A DNA stretch of 17,587 bases from NCBI GenBank assembly GCA_033442325.1, contig JAWQFM010000025.1, positions 154,566 through 172,152 of the forward strand. The letters run 5' to 3'. Origin of the DNA: Salpingoeca rosetta (Eukaryota; Protista; Choanoflagellata). Under the pieces are notes generated by a model that saw only the letters and a program-made list of their open reading frames with translations, was not told the origin of the DNA and ran no database searches. Of this stretch, positions 1 to 9,264 are shown piece after piece. The number at the start of each line of letters is the position of its first letter. The first letter of the stretch is position 1. Position numbers and translations under genes: made by a program.

Positions 1-226
1 TCCTTTGATCCGATTTGGGTTTTCAGCTGTTCCTTTTCGGTGTCCATTTCCCTTGCCTTATGTTGCTCTCTGTCTATTCTGTCTTTGTCTTTGGCATTTC
101 TCCGTCTTTTTTCACTAAACACATGCACCATTTGTTAATTTCTTTTTGCAATCTTTGCATCCATGCACGGGCAGACACCGAGGGAGGCAAGGGATAATGG
201 GTCATGAAGAGAACGCCTTTGTCTTG

Positions 227-228
<2 letters not shown>

Positions 229-269
<41 letters not shown>

Positions 270-341
270 GCGCGCGCACACACACACACACGCACACACA
301 CACACACGTAACACAACACAACACAACACAACACAACACAA
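229..341. repeat. Compound (CA)n/(CG)n/(ACACA)n microsatellite
   Basis: Directly visible. Confidence 0.95.
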
Positions 342-364
342 CAAACAACAAAGCATGGTCCTGC

Positions 365-1667
365 TCAGCACCCCGGGCTGACGATGGCGATGTTTTCAGC
401 GCCGAGAGGAATGGAATAGAGCTTGTCGTTGCCTGCACGCACGCCTCCCCACCACTTGTACTGGCCGCCACGCCCACCGCCTTCGTTCCCACTTGTGCCA
501 TCGTTGGTGACGGAGAGGGTCGTCGTGTCCGCCGTGTTGGTGGCTGGGTCAATGACGAGAACAGCGGCGCCGCGCTGCGGGAACGAGTAGATTTTGCCGT
601 TGCTTGCAAGCACGCCATCAATCCAGGAATAGAGGTTGGACGGGACATTGGAAATGGTGGTGGTGTCGGCCGTGTCCGTGGCAGGGTCGATGATGAGCAC
701 GGACCTGTCGCCGCTGGGAATGCCGTAAATCCTGCCGTTGTTGGCCAGGACACCCCCGCGCCACTTGGGCACGCCCGCTGAGAAGCCGGCAATCGCCGTT
801 GTGTCGATCGTGTTGGTTGCCGTGTCGATGATGAGCACGTGCGGCGCCCCGCGCGCCACGCGGGATGCAGTAGATCCTGCCGTTTGTGGGAGACAACACA
901 CCGCCAGAGAACTTGAACTCCATATCCCCGAGCCCGGCAATGCTCGTCGTGTCTGTCGCGTTGGTCGCTGGGTCGAGGATGAGAACGGCGGAAGCGGATC
1001 GAGGGATGCCATAGATGAGGTCGTTGGGCGCCAGCACAGCGTGCAGAAACTTGGAGGTGTTTGTGGAAGACGCGCCTGTCTTCATCTCCACCACAATCGA
1101 CGTCGTGTCAATATCGTGGGTTGACGGATCGATGACAAGCACGGAGTCTGCATCGTGCGGCATCCCATACACGAGGCCGTTGGGCCCCAGGACGCCGCCA
1201 GCCCAGCGCCCACCGTGCGCGGATTCGGTGACGGCCACGAGCGACGTCGCGTCGGCGGTGCTGGTCAAGGGGTCAATGATGAGCACGGCGGGCGCGTCAA
1301 ACGGGATGCCGTAGATCAGGCCGTTGCCGGCCAGCACACCACCCACCCACTTGAGCTCCCCTGCACCTGTGCCAGTGATGGTGGTCACGTCCACCGTCGA
1401 AGGGAACCACCGGCACAGCGACTGCAGCGTGCGCTCCTGTGCGGCAATCTCGGCGCCGTGCTCCTCCAACCGCGCACGCAACTGTGCCACATCCACGCCG
1501 TTCAACAACACCGGCTGCCGCGCAGGATCGCTCGTGTTCACATGCAGCGCGCCCACATCGTCCTCCACAAGCACCACCTCTCCCAAAGAGGGCGTGATGG
1601 CGAGGGCGACGGCGACGGCAAGGGCGAGGGCGAGGCGTGCGATCGTGCTCGTGTGGAGGGGATACAT
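365..1667 (-). pseudogene. Secreted seven-bladed beta-propeller protein with N-terminal coiled coil; frameshifted (pseudogene or assembly error)
   Basis: ATG 1667 gives signal peptide MYPLHTSTIARLALALAVAVALAITPSLG, then LHVNTS..VLLNGVDV and a coiled-coil-like segment. Seven repeats of consensus KWxGGVLAxNGxIYxIPxxAxxVLIIDPxTxTxDTT follow, split between ORFs 618..1757 and 365..1012. Removing 7 nt at 845-851 restores IPRGAPHVLIID and a 431-aa intronless ORF ending at TGA 367-365. Confidence 0.8.
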
Positions 1668-1815
1668 GGCGCGAGTGAAGAGGGCAGGAGATGGATGCGC
1701 TGTTGAGTGCGTTCTTGCTCTTGTTGGCGGCGAACTTTTGTGCAAGACTTCCTTCACTTTTCAACAGCTTTCTCCCAGCGTTCGTCGGTGAACAGCCAAC
1801 CAGCGATCGCAACGC
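1668..1815. promoter_or_regulatory. Putative compact bidirectional promoter (propeller gene / receptor A)
   Basis: Only 148 nt separate the divergent ATGs; positional inference only. Confidence 0.4.
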
Positions 1816-4800
1816 ATGTCTGCTCTCCTACTCAGCCTACTCCTCCCTTGCCCTGCCCACATGTCACACCCTCACAACAACCACAACCACCACCAGCAGT
1901 TGTCGCTGTTGCTAGCGCTGGCGCTGCTGTATGCTGGTGGTTTCCACGGCATCACTGTGGCAGCCACAACCCCACCGTCTTTGCCACAGCAAGCACTGCC
2001 TGTCAACGATGTGAGACGAAGTATCTGCGACACTGTGCCACAACGCACCAAAACGCCAAAAACACAGCACAAGAGCCCCTACAACCAGAAAGCCGTTTTG
2101 CCACCTTGCCTTCCTTGCCTTCTCTCCTTGCTTGCAGTCTTCCTTGAACCCTGTGTTCTCCTTGTAGCCCCTTGAACTCTTGAACTTGCTCACCACCTTT
2201 TCTTGCATGCATGGCTCATCTCGCAACAGGCAACCCATGCTGCGCTGTGCACGGATGTGGATGCCACTGTTGATCTCCTGGTGCGCACGCTGGATGACTT
2301 CCGTGTGCCATTCACGACGATCGCCACTGCTCCTCCAAGTTTCGACAACAGTAGCCGCTACCGACCACCACACATGAGGGACAGCTACGCCGGTGCCGCC
2401 CACAACCATTCAAGGCGGCCCGTTGTCCAGTTGACGTCCATCCAACGCATGATGCGCGCGTTCGGCTGCCCACCACAGAACCCAAGCGAGCTTGTCTCAA
2501 CAGGACCGACCCCAGAACAGGTGAACAGCCGCATCAGCAGCCCCACCCTTCAAGGTGCAACTGTACCAGCTACGCAGAGGTTTCGACAGCGGCGTGAAGC
2601 CGACGACAGTGTAGTTGGTCGGTGCTACTTTGCTGCTGTTGTGGACGGGACATGCCCAGGCCCATTGAACAACAACAGCCTCACCATTGTGTTCCGCGGC
2701 GATGAGCATGTGGACAACGCCACCGACGTTGCAAACCTGCGGGCCATGTCGGCCAGGCTTGTTGGCTTGGACCTGCGTGGGGTTGTCCGCGAAGCCCCCT
2801 TGCGTTTCTTGGCAGCAAACGGCAACTGGCGCCTGTGCCAGCTCGTCATTATCCAGGGTGTTCAAGTGACATCCTTCGACATGACGATCCTCAACCCCTT
2901 TTCCGGCCTTCTACGGCTTGCCGTGCGCAACAGCGAAGTCTTGCGCCACGTCGCTGTCCACAACTTCGCCTCTGCTGGGCAGCTTGTGCACCTTGACATC
3001 TCCAATAATTCGTTGACCTCGTTCCCGGACCGATCCTTGGCTGTCCTGACGTCGCTTGAAACCCTCGACTTGACGTATAACCGGCTTGGACGCATCGATG
3101 AAGGCATGTTCGCCGGCCTGTCGTCCCTTCTCGTGCTGAACCTCCAAAACAATCTCATCACACACCTCGCCGCCACTGCATTCGATGTCCTCACACGGCT
3201 GGAGTTCCTCGCGCTCAACCACAACGACATCACGACGCTTCCCCCACACATCTTCCGGAACCTGGGACAGCTTGCCCGCCTCTTCATGTCCGACAACCCA
3301 ATCAGGGACTTGCACGCAAGCACGTTTCAGGCGCTTACGGCTGTGCAAGCCCTCTTCCTCAACAACCTTCTGTTGACGCAACTGTCCTCCTCTTTGTTCA
3401 GCGCCAACACCCAGCTCACAGACTTGCGCCTGGACAACAACGCCCTCACCAGCATGCCAGATGCCGTCTTTGCGCGTCTCTTTGCGCTGCTCACCCTCAG
3501 GCTCTCATCAAACGCACTCACTTTGATTGGCCCAGGCCTCCTTCGAGACTTGACAGCACTGCAATCGATTGACCTCAGCAACAACGCCCTCACAGCCCTG
3601 CCCCAGGGCCTGCTCGACTCCTGCCCACATTTGGGCATCTTCTCCTGCAATCGCAACCAGCTCACCACGTTGCCTGCCGGCCTCTTCCGAAACACGAGCC
3701 TGCTGGGTCTGCTGTTCCTCACCAACAACAGGCTGGAGTCACTGGCAGATGCGCTTGACCACAACCGTGCAATCTTGCGTGACCTTGACTTGGAAGGAAA
3801 CCAGCTCACCCGCGTCACGTTTGCCACAGAGGCGCACAGCCTTCAGGTCCTCAACCTTCGACACAACCCCATTCAGGTGCTGCCCGATGTGTCCAAGTTG
3901 CCAAGCTTGCGGGAGTTGAGGTTACAGAACCACCTCATAACGAGGTTGGACTTGACACCCATCGTCACCCGCACGCTTTCGATCGTCCAGCTTGACGCCG
4001 CTGCACACGTGCGCTCGACGGCTGTCATCGACGCTGACACGCTCTTGCACTCGCAAGCCGTTCCCCGCCACACCCTCAGCCTGTTGAACGTGGACGCAAG
4101 CAGCGCTTTTTCGCTGCTGGGCCGCTTTCCAGAGTTCAAGCTGCAGGTGCTGCATGCCGGCTGGGAGGGGGCGGCGGCCGTGACGCTGCCAAAGGCCGTA
4201 CTGTGCTCAATGCTTGCAGCCGACGTGCGAGAGCTGCAGTTGCACCGCACAGGATACGAGCTGCTGCCACTCTGCGAAGGCAAGCGGTTTGGTACAGTTC
4301 TGCTGCAAGACAACCGGCAACTGGAGACTGTGATTGCGCCCACCGCACTCGCGCAGCTCAATGTGTCTGGCTGCACCCGGCTCACGGCGATTGACGCCCC
4401 TTTCATCGACGTTCTTGACATCAGCGAGACGCGCGTGCAGGCAAGCGTTGCCTTGTGCACGCGATGGGGCCGCCGCATCCTCTTTGCACGCAACATGCCG
4501 GAGGAGACATTCAGCACTGACCAGCTTAGTGCCGTCACAGCAACATGCTTGCGCACTGTTGACATGCTGGATATTTCACATAACACGTGGTTGGACCGCC
4601 CAGGTCGCCTCACCGCGGCAGTTGGCGAGGTGGTGGCGTTGTCAAACCAGCGTGTCAGTACGCCCCACTCGGACCACATTGAGTTTCGGCCAACGCCGCC
4701 CGTGTTCCAGCTTACTGATGCGCCTGTGGAATGCACCCTACTCATCTTCCACCGAGCGCTGACCGTTGTCATGTCCTTGGAGCTCACCAACGAGCTTGTG

Positions 4801-5633
4801 TACTCGTTCGAGTGCGCGTGCGCGCAGGGTCATCACATGGACGGTGAGCGGTGTGTGCGCAACGAGCCCAACGTTGCCGGCGTTGCGGTTGGCTCTGTGA
4901 TTGGCGGGCTGTTCTTTGGCCTGCTCATGGCCTGGCTGTCACGCCGCTACCGTGGCCTGACCAAGCGCATTGGCCTGCAGGAGCAGCTACTGGTGGAGCG
5001 AGACGAAGAAGTGATGGCGCTGAAGAAGGCGTGGGAGATTGAGTACGATGAGCTGAGGATGATCAAGCGGGTGGCTGCGGGTGCGTTTGGCGTTGTGTTC
5101 AAGGCAGAGTGGGACACGGTGATGGTGGCAGTCAAAGTGCTGCAGCAAGGGGTGATGATGTTTGACGAGAGCACGGTGCTTGAGTTTGAGAAGGAGGTGG
5201 AATTCTTGCAGCGGACACGCCACCCCAACGTGGTGCGGTTCTTTGGCGCGGGCACCGACCCCAACGGCAGCCCGTTCCTGGTGCTGGAGTTTGTGGCAAT
5301 GGGATCCTTGAAAGACTTGCTGGGGAAGAATATGGGGGAAGTGTTGATGGGGGTGGAGCAGGGCGCTAATGGCGGTACAGGTGCAAGCGTGATTGCAGAG
5401 GATGAGGACGAGTTGACGTTGGTGAGCACAGAAAGTGACAGAAGGGCTGAGACGATGACTGTGTGGGAGTTAAAACTGCGCCTGCTGCGTGACGTTGCCA
5501 GTGGCATGGCTTTTATCCACAGCCTCGACCAAATGCACCGGTGGGATTGGTGTGCGTGCGTGCATGTGTGTGTATGTGTATGACGTGTGTGTGATGTGTG
5601 TGTGATGTGTGTGTTTGTGTGCCTGCCTGTGCG

Positions 5634-5690
<57 letters not shown>

Positions 5691-6319
5691 GTGCAGGCAC
5701 GTGCTTCTTGCTCACGGTCTAGTACCCCACTCTCACCCCACAACCACTGTCACACTCAACAACAACAGAGACCTGAAGAGCGGCAACGTGCTGGTGTCAT
5801 CATCACTGCGCGCCAAAATCACGGATTTTGGGTCCATTCGCCAGTGCTTCACGCGTGACAGAAACCAGCAGCAAAGGACACGCCTGTCCTCAAGCCATGA
5901 TGATGATCCCCAGTACAGCAAGCAGGCCGGACTACAGACAATGACGAGCATGACGCTGACGGCTGGCGTGGGGACACCGCTGTACATGGCGCCAGAGGCA
6001 TTGACGGGCGACAAGTACAGCTTTGAGGCAGACATTTTCAGCTTTGGCGTGCTGATGTGGGAGGTGGGGACGCAGCGTGTGCCGGATTTGATCGAGCAGG
6101 AGAAGGGGAGCGGGTACCGTGGTCCGATCCTCGCCACACTCTTCAACTTGATGAAGGATGGGAAGCGGTTGCGATTTGAAGACAGCGAACAAGATGGTGA
6201 GTTGGTTGTGTGTGTGTGTGTGTGTGTGTATGTGTGCAGGTGTGTGTGTGTGCAGGTGTGTGTGTGCAGGTGTGTGTGTGTTTATGTGTGCTTGGATTGC
6301 TTGCTTGCACGTCCTCTCT

Positions 6320-6356
<37 letters not shown>

Positions 6357-6466
6357 CCTTTACAGCCATCCCCGAGTGGTTCCAGTCACTGACGTACAAG
6401 TGCATGGCGCAAGACCCGCGTGAGCGGCCATCGTTCGGAGAACTCAAGGACCACCACTTTGCTTGA
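1816..6466 (+). CDS. LRR receptor protein kinase A (TKL group), 4 exons: 1816-2010, 2230-5540, 5769-6196, 6366-6466 (1344 aa; alternative start 1861)
   Basis: Hydrophobic signal (LSLLLALALLYAGG) in exon 1. GT-AG introns 2011-2229, 5541-5768 and 6197-6365 keep the frame. About 14 LxLxxN repeats, mostly 24 aa (~2983-3950); CxC..C EGF-like motif (~4813-4854); TM 4873-4941. Kinase motifs VAAGAFG, VAVK, FEKEVE, HRDLKSGN (split by intron 2), DFG, GTPLYMAPE, DIFSFG, CMAQDPRERPSF. Confidence 0.9.
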
Positions 6467-6531
6467 TTGTGCGTGTGTTTGCATGTGGGTATGTGTGTGT
6501 ATGTGTGTGTGTGTCCGTGTGCATGTGTGCG

Positions 6532-6572
<41 letters not shown>

Positions 6573-6777
6573 ATGTGTGCGTGTGTGTGTCCGTGTGCAT
6601 GTGTGTGCGTGCGTGTATGTGCGAATGTCTTAGATTCGTTTGTCTTCTGTCTTAGCATGTCCGCGAATGAATGTACCGTCTTGTTGTTCATCGATTCTTT
6701 CGTCATAGGTCCAAGCGATGTGATACGAGACAGTCATGAAGTAAACATGAAGAACCCTTGCCTGAAAGCACAGCGAG

Positions 6778-6778
<1 letters not shown>

Positions 6779-6857
<79 letters not shown>
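6779..6857. repeat. (CA)n microsatellite between convergent 3' ends (shorter copy at ~16466-16538)
   Basis: Directly visible. Confidence 0.95.
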
Positions 6858-6861
<4 letters not shown>

Positions 6862-6880
6862 CACATGCCAAGCGCAGCTT

Positions 6881-7620
6881 CTATTGCTTCTTTGCGTACT
6901 TCTTGACGTGCTTGTCGTAATCGCGTTTGGTGAGTTCATGCCCCCAATGCAACAGCGTCTGACGTACGACGGGGCCCACGCGCGTGTCGTCGAATCTCCC
7001 CGATGCGCGCATGATCTTGTTGCACAGATTGATGCGCCACCGCCCTGTCGATGTGTGTGTGTTTGAGTGTGTGTGTGTGTGTGTGTTTGAGTGTGTGTGT
7101 GTGTTTGAGTGTGTGTGTGTGTGTGTGAGTGTGTGTTTGAGTGTGGATGTGTGAGTGTGTTTGAGTGTGGATGTGTGAGTGTGTTTGAGTGCGCGAATGA
7201 GAATGAATGTGAGTAAGAAGATTAAGTCGCAAACACACACACACACACACCTGTTTCTCCAAAGCACTTCTTTGCTCTGCTGATCTGGCGCGCGTCATCG
7301 CTGCTGCGACGGCCCAGATAAAACCGGCAGTACCTGAGCGCGTGGATGGTAAAGGGGAGGTGGAGGTGGACGCGGAGGTGGACGATGAGGGGTGGAGGTG
7401 GAGGTAAGGAAGGGGAGCAGGCAAAGACAAGGACGAGATGTGTAAGGTTACATTTGTCAAGATGTGAATGCGCACAAACACACACACACACACTCATGTT
7501 CACGCGTGCGTGCGTGTGTGACCGGTGATCAATTGGGCACATGGCGTTGTTGTACGCTGCATGTTCGAGCACACGCCTCACCACTGAAACCAGCCAAACG
7601 GGTCGATGTTGCTCATCCAT
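6881..7620 (-). pseudogene. 5'-truncated conserved hypothetical gene (DPxGWFQWYCRFYxGRR family), copy 1; exons 7620-7582, 7333-7251, 7044-6881
   Basis: Splicing at canonical GT-AG sites yields WMSNIDPFGWFQWYCRFYLGRRSSDDARQISRAKKCFGETGRWRINLCNKIMRASGRFDDTRVGPVVRQTLLHWGHELTKRDYDKHVKKYAKKQ*. This matches my recollection of the C-terminal half of the zgc:113208-like family. No compatible upstream exon or start was found. Confidence 0.75.
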
Positions 7621-7649
7621 CTACACGAAGAGCAAAGCACGCGATAGTG

Positions 7650-7837
<188 letters not shown>

Positions 7838-8138
7838 ACTTGGTGGGATGTGTGCACACATGCGTCTTTCAACTTTACACTTACTCCCCCACTGCTCTTC
7901 CAAGACGCACTCACCACTTTGGCAGCCATAAAGTATGCATCCGTGATGTTGAACGCGAGATACACCTTCCCAAAAGAGCCTGCCAAACGGGCAAGCACGA
8001 CAATGGACGAAACGAGAGCACGTGTGCAGGGTGAGTCGTCGACGTGACTTTGAGGTTGTATCCAATGCGTCCCTTCACACACAACGTCCCTTCACGCACA
8101 AACACAAACACACACACATACAATACACAACACATACA

Positions 8139-8140
<2 letters not shown>

Positions 8141-8219
<79 letters not shown>
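8141..8219. repeat. Intronic (CA)n microsatellite
   Basis: Directly visible. Confidence 0.95.
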
Positions 8220-8222
<3 letters not shown>

Positions 8223-8388
8223 CACAGCAACACAACAACAGCACAGCACATGATCACCTGTGCCAATCAGGCGCTCCTTCTTCCATTCGAACGTAACATC
8301 GCCCTCGCGAATGACGACACTCGCTGCCAGCGACGACGAGCACTCGCTTGACGCCGGCGAACTGGCTGCCGTCCCATATGGCGACGTC

Positions 8389-8511
8389 GTTGTCTCGTGC
8401 GAGCGGCGGCTGGCGTGGGCGGTTGTAACCGGCGAGTACTCATGCTCAACAGGGCTGTGGTGGGTGCCGTGCTCGTGGTGGGAGGCGTGACTGCTGTCTT
8501 CGTCGTCGTCG

Positions 8512-8542
<31 letters not shown>

Positions 8543-8604
8543 CTCGTGCGAGCGGCGGCTGGCGTGGGCGGTTGTAACCGGCGAGTACTCATGCTCAACA
8601 GGGC

Positions 8605-8607
<3 letters not shown>
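8389..8607. repeat. 70-bp perfect direct repeat (8389-8458 = 8538-8607)
   Basis: gttgtctcgtgcgagcggcgg...ctcaacagggctgt occurs twice, 149 nt apart; the second copy sits inside a (GTT)n tract. Confidence 0.9.

Positions 8608-8674
<67 letters not shown>
8511..8674. repeat. (GTT)n tract, poly-Asn on the minus strand, interrupted at 8541-8605
   Basis: Directly visible. Confidence 0.9.
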
Positions 8675-9122
8675 GATGGTGGTGGTGTTGTTGTTGTGGT
8701 GACCAGTCGAGCCGTGGCAACCGCGTGTGCAGTCCATGCCTTCAAGCCCTGGTGTTGGTGATGGTGTGGGCAGGCCTTCCTGGCACAGACGCTGCTGGCT
8801 GCCGGCGCTGAGAAAAGCGTTGGGAACGACATGGGAATCATCGCGCACGCTGCAATTGTCATCACAATCATCATCATCTGCACAGCGCGGAAGGGTGGAA
8901 TTTGTCCATGCAAAACGGCCGACTCAACAGTTGTGCAGCTGGTGCAAGGGCGGGGTGTGTCAAGGTGGTGTGTACGCGGGTGTGAGGGTGGGGTTGAGTT
9001 GACAGGAAGGGACAATAAGGTGCGTGATTGCGCACGACCGAATATGATGCACATTCAGGAGGGACACGACGACACAAATGAACACGAAAGAAAGAGACAG
9101 AAGAAAGAAAGAAAGACAAAAA

Positions 9123-9264
9123 GAATGAATGAATGAATGAATGAATGAATGAACCGAAGGTATGAATGAATGAATGAATGAATGAATGAATGAATGAATG
9201 AATGAAAGAAAGAAAAAAAGAATGAATGAAAGAAAGAAAGAAAGAATGAATGAATGAATGAATG
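9123..9264. repeat. Compound (GAAT)n/(GAAA)n tetranucleotide microsatellite
   Basis: Directly visible. Confidence 0.95.

Noticed and set aside
845-860. Programmed frameshift or micro-intron in the propeller gene
   Set aside because: No slippery heptamer and no GT-AG pair at the site; a 7-nt insertion explains it exactly.
2203-2229. ORF-track starts at 2203 and 11830 as true N-termini
   Set aside because: Both lack signal peptides; upstream signal-peptide exons splice in frame at equivalent positions.
2862-5507. Long antisense ORFs under receptor A (likewise 12009-15422 under B)
   Set aside because: Shadow ORFs expected from GC-rich codon usage; no recognisable motifs.
5041-6466. Receptor tyrosine kinase or kinase-TLR assignment
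   Set aside because: The catalytic loop is HRDLKSGN, not HRDLAARN, and the protein stops right after the kinase with no TIR domain.
8389-8607. Direct repeat as a CRISPR array or LTR
   Set aside because: Only two 70-bp copies in a eukaryotic exon, with no cas or transposon genes.
8446-9054. Poly-T/poly-Q mucin-like ORF
   Set aside because: Alternative frames of the (AAC)n tract; the poly-Asn frame is the one that leads into the kinase motif.
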